A stretch of 64,000 bases of DNA from Heterodontus francisci (GCF_036365525.1 NC_090409.1:39442437-39506436), one strand, 5' to 3'. Positions 13,916 to 27,726 are shown, numbered from the stretch's first letter. Made by a program: numbers and translations. The notes: a model not told the origin generated them from the letters alone.

Positions 13916-14039
13916 CGCCTCCTCCTGTGCTGTGACAGAGAGCCAGCACAGACAGGACGGGCCGAATGGCCTCCTCCTCTGCTCTCACCATTCTCTCATT
14001 CCATTCACTTCAACCCCTTCTCCCTCCAACGGATTCTGC

Positions 14040-14150
14040 TCGCGCTGGGGGGTGGGGGTCAGACCCAGCCGCCCAATCAGCAGCCAGGCCGACCTGTCAC
14101 TCAGTGCTCGCCCCGCCCCTTGGCGGCAAGAGCTTCTCCTGGCGCCAGTG
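14040..14150. promoter_or_regulatory. Orphan copy of the CCAAT/TGTCACTCA/GC-box module
   Basis: cccaatcagcagccaggccgacctgtcactcagtgctcgccccgccccttggcgg; paralog at 29910-30035. Confidence 0.55.
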
Positions 14151-14350
14151 TGTCAGGCTCACACTGCCGAGTGTGTGTGTGTAAGCTTCACACTACTGCT
14201 CCTGTGTCTCTGCATAGATTGCAGATAGAATTCACACAGTCTCTGCATTAGAAATAGAAAAGCTCAGCAATCTCACACAATATCAGCTGAGTCCACATTG
14301 CCTCACAGCTGATTCTTATTTCTAATCTTTACAGTGGCGAGCGTCTGACA

Positions 14351-14608
14351 TTTAGAGGGGATATGCGTGGAAAGTTCTTTACGCAGAGGGTGGTTGGTGC
14401 CTGGAACGCGTTGCCAGCAGAGGTGGTAGACGCGGGCACGATAGCGTCTTTTAAGATGTATCTAGACAGATACATGAATGGGCAGGAAGCAAAGAGATAC
14501 AGACCCTTAGAAAATAGGCGACAGGTTTACATAGAGGATCTGGATCGGCGCAGGCTTGGAGGGCCGAAGGGCCTGTTCCTGTGCTGTAATTTTCTTTGTT
14601 CTTTGTTC
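14351..14608 (+). mobile_element. CR1 3' end
   Basis: KFFTQRVVGAWNALP plus CR1 tail; absent at the paralogous site near 30250. Confidence 0.88.
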
Positions 14609-15744
14609 CAAACTGAAATATCCCACAGCCTCTCTTCATATCTATCTCTTCAATCATTATGGATCTGGCTGCTGTCATATATGATGTTTTGTACACTTCC
14701 TACATTTCCTGTTCCTGATCTTTCACTCCTTTTGAAATTTGGCCACCTGTCTCTCGGGTAAGAAGCCTGGCTGTGATGCCGGCCAGTCAAATAGCCCACC
14801 TACATCCACTGAGTGAGACACCAGAGGGCGCCTTGCGACTGCAGAATGGGCTGGACTGAAGGCCTTAGGCATAAAAGAATTTGTTTCGTTCTGTAATGTT
14901 TATTGGATAATTTAATACATAAAAATAATGTACAAAAAAGGAATTTTGGAGAATTGTTTCCTGAGGATGAGAGTTTGAGGAACAAGTCTATCCCTGGGAT
15001 ATTTTTTAACTGCTGATCTACCTTGATGTGTGAACAGTATTCCCGTGTTCCTGTATCTTTCTATTGGGCTGGGGAAGGGTCTCCACCTCTGAAGGGTCTT
15101 GTCAATCAGCTTGCTGTGCTGGTTCATACCAAAGGCCGTGGTGTGTTAGTGCAGTGATCCCATGGTCTGCTCTGCTGCTGTCATTACCCATTCCCCCTCA
15201 AACAGTGACTGGGGTTTCCACCCCAGTAGCCCAGGGACACGAGCTCCCCAGTGGGGGAGTGGAAGCCCCTTCCCCAGACCCTCACCCGGTTCATGTCTCT
15301 CCAGGTCTTTACAGATATTAGAGAAAAATCACAGCGGACCAACACAGTGTTACTGCTTCCTAATTTGTGAATGGGAGGGTTTTTATAAAACTCTATTTAT
15401 TGAGTGTTAATATTTCTCAGTGTGAATTGATGAATAGTTAATAGTTTATTCTGTGTATAAAAGAAATCAAGTCCCTATATTTAGTAATATTCACAGGGTG
15501 TTGTGTGTATTTGTAAAGGTTGGAATAATGAGTTACTCTGTCAAACTCCTCATTGATTTAATGCTGGGTCAGAGTGGTTCAATCTGGTTCTGGTCCATCT
15601 GGAGTCACTGTGTTCAGTTCTGGGCACCGTCCCTCAGGAAGGATATATTGGCCTTGGAGGGGGTGGAGTGCAGATTCACCAGAATGATAATGGGGTGTAA
15701 AGGGTTAAATTAAGAGAACAAGTTGCAGAGATGAGGCTTGGTTT

Positions 15745-16370
15745 CCCTTGAATGGGACGGTGGCGACGGGTGGCGTAAAATGGAACGGGAGGCTCCAGGA
15801 GGCCTTCCTGACACCATCCTGCCACTTTATGTAGAGCGGTGGGGGGCGAAGTACAGCCTGCCTGCCCCAGGCCAATCAAGGGCCTTAAATGGCCACCACT
15901 TTACACATGGCAGGCGGGCATCCGAGACCCCAGAGAAGCCGCCTGACAAAATCAGGCGACTCTTCAACGTCCCAAGTGGGGTGGGGGGACACTCATAATC
16001 AGGCACCCCCGCTACCCCAACCAACCCCAAGTCTCAACACGCCACCCTTGTCCCCTTCTCCCCCCCTCGACAACCCTTGCCTCGCTGGGGCCCGACCAAT
16101 TACCCCTGGTGAGGCAACCAAAACTAACCTGCCTTCTGGACATCTTCTCTGCACGCTGGGCTGCAGTCCCAGCAGTGGCCACCACTCCCAGTGATGCTGC
16201 TGGGACTAAGAGCTGCCGTCCCAGTGAGTGACTGGTGTCTCCATTGGGCCGGACTTCCTCCCTCACACCAATTGAGGCCAGTGGACCCACAAAATACGTG
16301 TCGGAGCCCCAGACGAGGCGGAGGGGTGGGGGGGGGGGCTCCCATCTGCCTGATGTAAAATCCCAGCCAG
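15745..16370. mobile_element. GC-rich non-autonomous (MITE-like) repeat, truncated
   Basis: Abrupt GC-rich insert breaking a CR1 remnant, ending gtaaaatcccagcc; no partner terminus found. Confidence 0.4.
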
Positions 16371-17254
16371 AGTTTCAGAAATGCTCACACTATCAAAGCT
16401 CTACAGTCCTGCCACATCCAGTCTTGAACAGTGGGTGACAAATAGGATCAAGAGACTTCCTGCCTGTACACAGCAGCATCTCTGTTCAGGCAGTGACGGA
16501 CAGAGTCATTAAACATAACAAGACTGTACATTCACTAATATTAACACTGACTTCTCCTTAATCAGAGCTTGGATCAAAAACTACATAGCAATAAGTAACA
16601 TTATATAGAATAGAGATACATATGTAGACAAAATCTATAGGACTCAGGTAGTTTCAATTGTAGAAAACAAATATTTACCATATAAATTGCATAGATAAAC
16701 ACTGAGTGATGAGGAGCTGGACTGCAGAGAGATCTGAATTCAAGCTGCACAAATCATTAAAAGTTGGTGGATAGGCACAGATCCTTGGGTGAATAAATAA
16801 TGCTATTGAGTGCAGAAGCATGTTATGGTAACCCATCATAAATTCACTAGTTTAGGCCTCAGCAGCAGGACTGTGTCCAATTCTGGGGATAACACTTTAG
16901 GAAGGATGACAAGGCTTTGCAGAACCATTTACTAGAATGGTTCCAGGGCTGAGGGACTTCAGTTATGTGGAGAGACTGGAGAAGCCACAGGCAGTTTCAA
17001 TCTGTAAAATATCTAGAAGATGGAATCTGTATATAAACAGTTACTGGCAATAATGTAGCTGCTGGTTTTGCCCAGTGGATGCTGCTGCACAGAGAGTTTC
17101 TGAAGCCTCTTCCCGTGTTCACCACTGTGGGAGAACCATCGCTACAAGGACTGCAGTGGTTCAAGTAGAGATGGACAATAAATGGGGCCCTGCCAGTATC
17201 ACCCACACTGAGAACAGGTTAATAAATTCATCAGAAACTACCTGATGTTCCCAC

Positions 17255-18144
17255 TGTTAGGACCGAGGCGGGAGGAGTGCACTGTTAATTCAGTCCCGCT
17301 TCTCCACAGGTCACAACATATTCTTTAAAAGTTTCCCATTTGTTGAAACAATTCCCCAGAATAAAACACACTAACCAGGTTTCTTTACTAAACAAAATTA
17401 ACAGATTATAAAACAATTCTTAACTAGTAATGCAGTAAAATAATATCACAGATCAAATTTTTAAATATCCAACATTAAATTTTAAAATGTCCCCTTTACC
17501 TTAGTTCCTTCACACTCATACATTCCTATACATAAATCAGTTAACTGGAAAAAGAAAAATAATTTAGATTAGAGCTCTGTTACAGACAAAAACACAAATA
17601 GACCTAAAAGAATAGCAGATGAGACTCACTGCACCAAACAAGCAGACAGTCCAACGTCCTAGCAACTGTTAAAGAAACTTCCAGAATTAGTTCTCTTCAG
17701 GCAGTGTTGAAAAGCAAGTTAGCAGGCCTCGTTAAAATGCAGGAACATGACAAATTAACATGCTGAACTTCAGAGTCTTTGAGGGAATTGAGAGTAAAAG
17801 CACTGGGTTGTAGTCTTCTGTTCTTCCTTGGAATTCTTTCCTTTTTCTGTCCTTCTTTGGCACTTCAGTAGCACTTGACTTTTGTCTCCTTCCAGAAGGT
17901 ATCACACACATGCACTGACTGACAACCAAACAGCTTGGCAGTTCTCTGCCCACCCAGATGTTCTCTGTTGCTACTGGGCTTGTCAATTTCTGCCCTTTGC
18001 CATGGCTTCTGTTCTAAGCCGAACCCAACCAGGTGACAAACTGTAGCTAATCGGCCCTCACTGTCTTCTTGATTGAAAAACATTTAGCATAATTAGAAAT
18101 TCCTTTGTTTTATTAAATAATTTTTAAAAGTCACTTTCATAAAA
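17255..18144. mobile_element. Solo LTR-like element (duplicate of 1126-2029)
   Basis: CCAC TSD, colinear. Confidence 0.65.
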
Positions 18145-18655
18145 CCACTCGATCAAGAGGATATTTTGGAAGTTACCATCTCACACAGGGAGTGATCAAT
18201 GGGTTACACAGCTGAAGTTGGTCCTGTGTGTTCCTGAGACTGGGTTTGGACACAGTGTGTATCAGACCGATTAAATTACACTCAACATCCTGGGCACCAA
18301 TGGCAGCTGGAAAATGGGTCACAGGAGCTGCACGGTGATGGAGCACAGAGTGTAGAGGAGAGGAGGCTTATAGAGGAGGCAATGGGCAAGAGCTGGACAC
18401 TCTGGACACTCCAGTGTGTATCAGTAATACTGAGATATAATGTAATATCAATCAGACAGGTTTTCTAGTAAAGGGACAACACTTTCATTGGGTGATTATC
18501 TCAAGACTCTGCTGGTCAGAGGGGTTTGTACAGAGTGGGAAGTGATTGTTGATCCCAATCCTGAGCTCAGACTTTCCACCAGGATTCACTGGATAACCAC
18601 AATACTGGGCTGATTTTCCCCTCCCTGACCCAGGCTCAGTGCAGTGTAAACTCTG

Positions 18656-21600
18656 TTAGTGCTGGACAGCCCCGTTCCCCAGAAGGTTTTGTTCTCCAGC
18701 TGCTCCATTCTGATGCTCAGGTGCTGTTGTGAAACATGGGACCTTGTGACCTGAACAAGTCACCCCTGTCAAAGGGACGACATTAGATGCTTCATTTTGA
18801 TTGATGCTGTGATGATTTTGAACACAATTCCTGGGAGAGAAAAAACAGCAGAGTTCAGGTTACATTAAAAGAATCCAACACTTTGTACAAGTGTGTAAAG
18901 GAGCTGTTCAGGAACACAGACCGATTAAATTACACTCAACATCCTGGGCACCAATGGCAGCTGGAAAATGGGTCACAGGAGCTGCACGGTGATGGAGCAC
19001 AGAGTGTAGAGGAGAGGAGGCTTATAGAGGAGGCAATGGGCAAGAGCTGGACACTCCACAGGACCTGTGCTGACCGAGGCACCAGACCAATAGAAAAATG
19101 ACAGCTCACCTCAACATTGGAGATTAAGAAGAATTGATGAGGATCTCGGTTAACACTGAGCTGAATATGATGGGGATCAGATCAGACAGGAGGAGGCTGG
19201 GAATGTCTGTACTCTGCAGACTGATCCTGAATTATTGAGAGGAGTCACAGATGGACAGGTATTCCCTGATGTGATCAAACCCGACCCAGCAGTGACCAAA
19301 CAGGCTGACGGAAACAGAAATATTGTGATGGGGGAGAGTCAGAGGACAGAGTTAGAGAGTCTGCAATAATTCCCCCTCCCCACTGGCAGGTGGGTAAGAG
19401 GTGGGCAGGGAGATGTGGATGTTGAGGGAGACAGAGAAATGCAACATACCCTTGTTAGTGATTAAAACCACTGATGGCCGGGTCACAGGGGGTGATTTGA
19501 AAAATGCAATCTCTATTTGCGCTTAATCAACAACATGCATTTATGTTGCACCTTGATCATCCCAAGGTGCTTCACAGGAGCAATTATCAAACAGAATGTG
19601 TGCACCAAGATATTTGGGCTGGTGATCAAAAGCTCGGATATAGATGTAGGTTTTCAGGTGTGTCTGAAAGGAGGAGAGACAGAGAGGGACAGAGAGGTTT
19701 GGGGATAGAATTCTAGAACTTAGGGCTCAGGCAGCTAAAGGCACAGCCGCCAATGGTGGAGTGATGGAAAACAGGGGGGTGCAAGAGGCCAGAATTGGAG
19801 CAGCACAGAGATCAGGGAGGAGATTAGAGATAGGGAGGGGTGAGGCAATGGAGGGATTTGAACAGGAGGATGAATGTAGGTCAATGAGAACAGGAGTGAT
19901 GGGTAAATGGGACTTGGTGTGAGTTAGGATACGGGGCAGCAGAATTTTAGATGAGCTCAAGTTTACGGAGGGTGCAAGGTGGAATTGGCCGGGGGAACAT
20001 TGGAATAGTCGAGTCCAAAAATAACAAAGGCACGGATGAGGGTTTCAGGAGATGGGCTGAGGCGGGAGTTTCAGCAGCAGATGGGGAGAGACAGGGACTG
20101 AAATCACACAGGGGAATATCACAGGAGTAGAGGTAGGAGATCTCAGTGATGGAAACGATACAGTGTCGGAAGCTCAGCTCAGGGTCTGATAGGACTTCAA
20201 GGTTGTGAACAGTCTGGTTCAGCCTCAGACAGTGGCCAGGGAGGGGGATGGAGTCAGTGGCTGGGGAACAGAGCAAGGATCAGAGGCTGGTGAAAAGTCA
20301 GAGGAGAGGGGACAAGGTTATTTTAGGTGTAGGCTGGTGAGTTGTTTGCTGCAGAGATTAGGCGAGTGTCTATTAACTGTGTGATTGAGGGAGCCGCACA
20401 TTCCTGCTCTTCACCTTCAGTTCAGCAGCTAGAGGATGACAACAAGCTGGAAGTGACTGGATAATGCAGCATTGAAACATCCCACACAGCACAAAGTGTA
20501 TCAGTGCACACAACATTTCCACAACACCAAATATAATAAAACAAAACTAGAATTAACAATGGGAACTGCAGAACATTCCAGAACTCACCATCTTTGTTGC
20601 TTTCCGATTACGAGAATAAAACCCAGAATTATGCAAACAAGAACAAGAATTATGCAAACAAGAACAAGAATTGCGATGACCAATCCAACTACTGCTCCAG
20701 TAGAGGGTCCAGGACCTAGAGACAGAATGAAGCTGTTAACAGACTGGGACACACTAACAACACTAACAAAACTAACAGCAGAGACAGTCAGCACCTAGTG
20801 TTTCAGAACCATCCCCAGTGCAAACACATCCCTGGTCAATTCTAGTCCTGGAGGAATGTGGGAGGTCAGATATCAATAATCTCACACACACACATCCCCC
20901 CACAATGTGATCGATACATGCTTTCCAATGGAGATAACTGGACACTGACCAGCAGCAGCTGTAAATCTGAGTTCTTTTTGCCTTCAGTCTGGTTCAGTAA
21001 ATATACCGAGTCGGATGTGTCGGGAAAATCAATTACTTTATTTGCGCATTTAGCCGGCTGACTTACTCTAATGCAACGACACTGACTCCACCCAGAGTCT
21101 GTCTGGTCCACTAGAGTAAGTGAAGTTTTTTTGATACAGGTACTACTGTTTATACATTAAGATTCATGCTGCACCCCCTTGTTTAACCAATCAGTGCGAT
21201 ACAATTCGACTTCACCCACGTGGTGACATGCAGTACATCTGTTACTGAGGTTACAATACACTCTATTCTCCATACATACTTGTTACTAATAAAATATTGT
21301 TTTGTACCAGCAAGATAAAAGAAAGCGGACAAGCAAGCTAATTAGCAAGAGCATAGGAATCATCAATAATCATTCTAGTCTCACTCCCTACATGGATCAT
21401 GAGTCTGTCTCTACCTTGTGACAAGTAATTGCGGAGCATCCTGCTATCTCTATTAGGTTTACATTCCTGAGTGTTTCGTGCAGTCTGCAGCTACATCAAG
21501 TAGTGGCAGCTCACGAAGATAAGAGGGGCCTAGCACTCCTTATCACTCACACAGGGATGGACATCATTTGATTCACAGAGTCCATTTGTTCCAAACCACA

Positions 21601-24600
21601 GGGAGTCACACAATCAGACCATAAAGAACAGATGTCCTTGCAATTACCAGTGTCGGCTAGTCTTTACAGTCTCACACGCTCTGCCTTTACTTTTAACTAT
21701 TTCATTGTGGTTTCTGCCACTTAAAATCAAAGCTCAGCAGAGCGACTATTCCTAACTTGGCTATATTTCCCATGAAGCATAGTGCCATGCCTTTCTGCTC
21801 ACTTCCACACAGCCTCCCTTCAATTAAACCCAACAGCTCGCTGAAATGGAGCGGGAATTTTAAAATAATTTGCCGGTTTGGAGAACCATGGGATTGGGTG
21901 GAACACGGTTTATACGTGTATCAATATTACTCCTCATTGACTTAATACTGAGGACTCCTGGGGTCACTCCCACCTGACTGTACACCACAAGAGCTAAAAG
22001 CACATGCAGTAGTTTAGAAACAGATTTACCTGGTACAGGTGTGTTCGGTACAGGTGTGTTCGGTACAGGTGTACGAGCTCGCTCTAAAGAAAACATCATG
22101 TGTTTAGTACTGTGTGTGAAACAAACTGTAGAAATGTTCAAAGACTATAGGGCTGTGGGGAAACACATCCCGGGAGAAACGAGACTCGGGAAAACTGATC
22201 AGGAAGGATCAGGAACAGGGTCGGCAGAGTGAAAAATGGTGCTATGGGCCCCACTTTCTGCACCCCAACATCTGGAGACAGATGTAGCACATTTCTGGAG
22301 AGTGAGAGCAGCTTGATAGCACCGTGGGTTTGCCTTTGCTGTGTCCGAATTCGATGTCTGGGTCACAGCCAGTGGTCCGTTCAGTTTTATTCTTGTTTTT
22401 CTTTCTAGTGGTTTGATACAAACTGATTGAAGTGGCCGAGCAGGTCAGAGGGCAGTTAAAAGGCAACCAGGTTAATGTGTGACTGGTGTCACATATCGAC
22501 CAGACCGGGTAAGGATGGCAGATTTCCTTCCCGAGAGGGACATCAGTGAACCAGTTGGGTTTTACAACAATCCAACAGCTTCATGGTCACTTTTATTGGG
22601 ACCAACTTTATATTTCCAGATTTATTTTAAACTGAATTTAAATTCTGAAAGTGCCATGGTGGGATTTGAACTCACATTCTCTGGATTATTAGTCCAGGCC
22701 TCTGGATTACTAGTCTAGTAACATCACCACTGCATTACCGTACCCATAAAATCAGAGAGTAAATGCAGAATACCTGAAACAGAAACCTCTCACCTGTTAC
22801 AAAGAGATGAACATCTTGATGAAAGACTGGAGTCTCCCTCTGTTGAATCTCACACCGATACTCATTCTGGTCTGACTGCCTGAGGTCAGAGATCATGAGT
22901 GACCAGTTGCCTTGTTCCAGTTGATCTTTGAACAGGTTTGTTCTGTTTCTGAACTGTGGGTCTTGTAGTGTCAAATCATCGTTCCCATCGATAAATCTGT
23001 GTAAAATTCCACGATTGAATATCCACCAAATTACCTGTAAATCAGAGACCGGGACATTCTCTTTCTGGATACAGGGCAGCACAACCTGCTCCCCAAGGAA
23101 TCCAGAAACTGAGACAGGCATGTAACCTGGAAAAGATTGAAAGTATTTATCCACAGATATAACCTCCCTGCTGGTACATTCCATCCCAAGCTCCACATGG
23201 TTACACTGCGATGCTTGATTTACAAGAAGCACTGATCAGTAACTCACTGCTTTCATTTCTGTGGGAAGGTTAAAGGTCAGGCATTAAGGGCCTTCAACTA
23301 AAACCAGCTTGTGCTGGATATTTGTATCCAGAGCAGCTGGACAGCACTTTGAATCGTGTGTTTCCCATTGTACACATGCTGGGAAAACACATCAGGATAT
23401 TGGTCACCCTGCCCACCTCCCCCCTTTGGGAGAACAATGACAGACTGGGGGGGGGCACAATGTGAGGTGGAGCTCAGGAGCAGAAAACTGACCCTGAAAT
23501 GTAAAGACAGGAACGGGTGGGGGAGGGGGTACCAGAGGATGTGGAAAGGGCTTTGGACAGGTTGGGGGGACAATGATGGACGAGTATACTGTGTAGGGGG
23601 TGAGGCAGCACCTGATGGTCTGAAAGGGGCCGAGGTAATGTGGATCCTCACCTCCCTCCACCACTAACCTGTCAGACCTTGCTCCTCACCCCAATACGGC
23701 CAGACTCTGCCCCCTCCCAGGACCCAAAACACAATCCCCAGTCCTGATGACCCTACTCCCCATGCTCAGAGGCAATTCCCAGTTCTATTTGATCCAGGAC
23801 TGTCCCAGACTCCTGATCCCAGTGCTCAGGACCCCATCCCAGTACCACTGGATCCCAGACACCCATCCCAGTGTCACCGAGTGTTGCTCAGTGTCCAGAT
23901 TCCACTGTTCACATCACAGGGGTTAATCTGAAGACATTAACTGCCTTCATTTCAGGTCTCATGATCATTATGTGTAATGTGAACCGACTGTGTCCACTCC
24001 CTCAATGGGCCCACTCACAGTGAACACAGCACCTTAAAGCAAGATAAATTCCTGACAAAATGAACACTATTCCCCAGTAATATACACATTACTGATTTCA
24101 GTCCCAGACACCCAGACAAATGTTCTTTCCAGGAGACAGCTAACTGCAGTCTGTATAAATTCACAAGGTTAGCACCATCCAGGAAGATCAATCCTGATAT
24201 AATCCATGTCACCAGCAGCCCCGAGCTCTGCTGAAATGAGAGAGCAGTCACAGCGTTTACCTGAAACAGCAGCAACAGCATTTAGCAGCAGCAGCAGGAG
24301 GAGGAGTTTCTGTAAGTTGGGTCCCTGCAACAAGAAAACACAGTTACCCCCCTTTACCACAGTTTCTTGCTGCTCATGTCCATTTCTGAACCGGGACAGG
24401 ACACAGTCCATGGTCCCTCTCCCCATTACTGACCCTCCCTCCCTCCCGGCTCTGAGACACTGAGACCGGGAGCATCCCTGACACAGTCCATGGTCCCTCT
24501 CCCCATTACTGACCCCCCTCCCTCCCGGCTCTGAGACACATTGAGACCGGGAGCAGCCCTGACACAGTCCATGGTCCCTCTCCCCATTACTGACCCCCCG

Positions 24601-24642
24601 GGTGTGAGACACTGACAATACCTGCTGTGTTTTTCTATCCAT
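18656..24642 (-). CDS. Single-IgV B7/butyrophilin-like membrane protein, copy B; exons 24622-24642, 24261-24324, 22794-23126, 20589-20715, 18656-18830 (239 aa)
   Basis: Paralogous exons with the same splice sites and phases, no stops; TM GPGPSTGAVVGLVIAILVLVCIILVLVCIILGFILVIGKQQR. Confidence 0.85.
19520..20270 (-). mobile_element. L2-type LINE remnants in intron 4 of B (shorter version near 2860-3420, 34130-34680, 62560-63130)
   Basis: RILTHTKSHLPITPVLIDLH and LRLNQTVHNLEVLSDPELSF resemble the L2 ORF2 C-terminus. Confidence 0.65.
20960..21809. mobile_element. Solo LTR in intron 3 of B
   Basis: TG..CA termini, CAGC TSD; empty site cagcagcagcctccct in the other copies. Confidence 0.8.
22794..23126 (-). 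CDS. IgV exon of copy B
   Basis: Within ORF 22735-23232; V-set motifs; F-G region YRCEIQQRETPVF. Confidence 0.93.
24400..24600. repeat. 81-bp intron-1 repeat, about 2.4 units (copy B)
   Basis: Same unit as in A and D. Confidence 0.9.
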
Positions 24643-24829
24643 TGCCCTGATCCTGGATCATCCCCTCACGGAGACAGGAGACTGGGAATCTGCTGCTCAG
24701 GGTCAGAAACAGCAGCCGCTGGGTCAGACAGTGAATATTGAAACTGACTGAGCTGCTGCATCTTTACAGACGGTGAATGTAGTGAGAATATGGCGTTGAA
24801 CCCTGGAGCCGCTTTTTAAAGAAACCATT

Positions 24830-25090
24830 TCTTGGCGGGAACGGCTTCTATTGGCAGTCAGGGCCGGGGTCAGAGCAGATTGCCCAATCAGCGGCAGGGT
24901 CGGCCTGTCACTCCGTGCTAGCCCCAGCCTCTGACGCCAGTGGCGGGTTCAAAGCCAGCCGCCCAATCAGCGGCAGGGACGGCCTGTCACTCCATGCTAG
25001 CCCCGCCTCTGACGCCAGCGGCGGGTTCAAAGCCAGCCGCCCAATCAGCGGCAGTATCGGCCTGTCACTCAGTGCTAGCCCCGCCCCGTG
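24830..25090 (-). promoter_or_regulatory. Proximal promoter of B, three tandem CCAAT-TGTCACTC modules
   Basis: gcccaatcagcggcag..cggcctgtcactc three times, ATTGG, GC box, ggcgggaa. Confidence 0.65.
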
Positions 25091-25094
25091 TGTT

Positions 25095-25335
25095 CAGGAA
25101 CACCAGCTCCAGGAGCTGATGGGGACTATTGCCTCTCCAGATCCTTCTTCCCCTTCACTTCCCTCTGATCTGACCCCTTGCTGTGTATTCACTAAACCCT
25201 CAGACCTTCCTCTCTCTGACAGGGAACGTTCTTTACTCAGCAAAGGACTCTGTTTTATCCCCTTCCGCCTCCACCTCAATGAATTTCACCCTCGGTATGA
25301 CATTGAGCTCGTCTTCCGTTGCCTCCAGGCTCACT
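25095..25335 (+). mobile_element. Penelope-like element fragment (inverted copy at 53896-54135)
   Basis: LPLSDRERSLLSKGLCFIP resembles the PLE ORF segment before the RT. Confidence 0.6.
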
Positions 25336-25625
25336 TAGAGTCATAGAGTCCTACAGCATAGAAACAGGCCCTTCGGCCCACCGCGTCCATGCCGACCATA
25401 ATGCCTATCTATACTAATCCCACCTGCCTGCATTAATTCCATATCCCTCCATGTCTTGTTCATTCAAGTACTTGTCCAGATGCCTCTTAAATGTTGCTAC
25501 TGTTCCTGCCTCCACCACCTCCTCTGGCAGCTCATTCCAGATACCCACTATTCTTTGTGTGAAAAATGTACCCCTTTGAACTCATTTAAACCTCCTCCCT
25601 CTCACCTTAAATCTATGTCCTCCAG
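25336..25625 (-). mobile_element. CR1 3' end (same insertion as 51975-53895)
   Basis: Junction gcctccaggctcacttagagt identical to the one at 53895. Confidence 0.85.
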
Positions 25626-25919
25626 GAGACAGTAACATAAACACTCGCTTGCCTTTTCTATTTCATCATTCAGAGGGCGGATCAGTCCAAGTCTTTGTGT
25701 CTGGGTCCATTCAGAGGAGGATCAGTCGCGGTCCCTTCCCCCTCCCCCATGGGTCTGAAGTGAACAGTTTCCCGGGAGCCGACACTCGGATTGTTGTTTC
25801 ACTCAAATCCCTTCCCGGGAAAAGCAGCTTTTAACACGGCTTTTCCTAACAGAGGCTGCACCATTATTACACACTCCCCCCTCAGTGTGGGGAATGGATC
25901 AGTCCAGCTCCTCTCTGAT

Positions 25920-26780
25920 ATAAAAGCAAAATACTGCGGATGCTGGAAATCTGAAACAAAAACAAGAAATGCTGGATTCACTCAGCAGGTCTGGCAGCAT
26001 CTGTGGAAAGAGAAGCAGAGTTAACGTTTCGGGTCAGTGACCCTTCTTCGGAACTGACAAATATTAGAAAAGTCACAGATTATAAACAAGTGAGGTGGGG
26101 GTGGGGCAAGAGATAACAAAGGAGAAGGTGCAGATTGGACCAGGCCACATAGCTGACCAAAAAGTCACGGAGCAAAGGCAAACAATATGTTAATGGTGTG
26201 TTGAAAGACAAAGCATTAGTACAGATTAGGTGTGAATATAATGAATATTGAACATCAGCAAGTGCAAACCTGAAGAAAAACAACCTGAAAAAAACAGTGG
26301 GTAAGCAAACTGAACAAACTAAGATGAAATGAAATAAATGCAAAAAAAGATTGTAAAAAATGTAAAAAGGAATGCAAATAAAAAGGAAGAAAAAATAACT
26401 AAAAATGACTAAAAATGAAAGTAAAGTGGGGGGCTGTCATGCTCTGAAATTATTGAACTCAATGTTCAGTCCGGCAGGCTGTAGTGTGCCTAATCGGTAG
26501 ATGAGATGCTGAAAGGAGTGAAGCAGCGATTTACTTGTACTTCTTTCAATGTAGTATACTGTATTCGCTGCTCACAGTGTGGTCTCCTCTACATTGGGGA
26601 GACCAAGCGCAGACTGGGTGACCACTTTGCGGAACATCTCCGCTCAGTCCGCAAGCAGGACCCTGAGCTTCCGGTTGCTTGCCATTTCAACACTCCCCCC
26701 TGCTCTCATGCTCACATCTCTGTCCTGGGATTGCTGCAGTGTTCAGTGAACATCAACGCAAGCTCGAGGAACAGCAGGTA
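25920..26780. mobile_element. Penelope-like element: inverted terminal repeat plus GIY-YIG endonuclease fragment (26506-26780, +)
   Basis: NVVYCIRCSQCGLLYIGETKRRLGDHFAEH..VACHFN. Confidence 0.85.
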
Positions 26781-26979
26781 TTGCATTGATCTCATCAACC
26801 CTCTCTGTTATCTGCTCAAAAAAGCCCAGCAAGTTAGTTAAACATGATTTTCCCTGAAGAAATACATGCAATAAAAGTGACTATGAAGCTGTTGGATTGT
26901 TGTAAAACCCAACTGGTTCACTAATGTCCCTCTAGGGAAGGAAACCTGCCGTCCTTACCCGGTCTGGTCTATATGTGAC

Positions 26980-27588
26980 CCACCTCCTCCTGGAATGTGC
27001 CTTTGCAAAGCAGGTGTGGAAAGAGATGCAGTGGTTTATGTCAAGGTTCATCCCAAGCAGCTCTGTAACACAGGAGTCTGTGCTCTACGGGCTGTTCCCA
27101 GGGACGCACACCGAGACAAACATCAACTGCTGCTGGAGGACTATCAATTCGGTGAAAGACGCCCTTTGGTCTGCCCGAAACTTGCTGGTCTTCCAGCGCA
27201 AAGAGTTGTCCACCACCGAATGTTGCAGACTGGCACATTCCAAGGTCCAGGACTACGTGCTGAGGGACGCACTAAAGCTTGGGGCAGCCGCAGCAAAGGC
27301 TCAATGGGGAAAGACCACAGTGTAAGGTTTCCCCAACAAGCTGGACTGAGGGGCTGGATCCATGGGAAACCCCTCGAACTGTATCGTTAATATTCTCAAT
27401 TGCTGTAAATGTAAAACTGTAATTGACATGACAATTGTGAAAAGGAAGGGTTGGGAAGAAACTCATGACATTATTGAAGGAAACTGATCTCCCTTGCAAT
27501 GTTTGTATTTTTTGGTGCTGTTTGGAAACTGTTTGGCAATGTAATTTTTACAGATTTTTATGAATAAAGTATATTTTGGAAAAAAAAA
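26980..27588 (+). mobile_element. 5'-truncated L1/Tx1-type retrotransposon 3' end
   Basis: HLLLECAFAKQVW zinc-finger tail, AATAAA then poly-A, TSD atatgtgac (26971-26979 and 27589-27597). Confidence 0.85.
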
Positions 27589-27726
27589 ATATGTGACTCA
27601 AGTCCCACATTAACCTGGGCGACTTTTAACCGCCCTCTTACCTGCTCGGCCACTTCAATCAGTTTGTATCAAACCACGAGAAAGAAAAAGAATAAAACCT
27701 ACCTGAAATTTTTCAAACCACCTCTT

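Larger units (their letters stand above)
1..16406. repeat. Segmental duplication unit A (continues left of the window)
   Basis: Sequence at position 1 (agtcctgtcacatccagtcttga) recurs near 16407 and 31279; about 1-7900 is near-identical to about 31279-39150. Confidence 0.85.

Noticed and set aside
20716-22793. Hidden IgC exon between V and TM
   Set aside because: This shortest intron 3 is mostly LTR and retroelement sequence, and no C-set ORF is shared among the copies.
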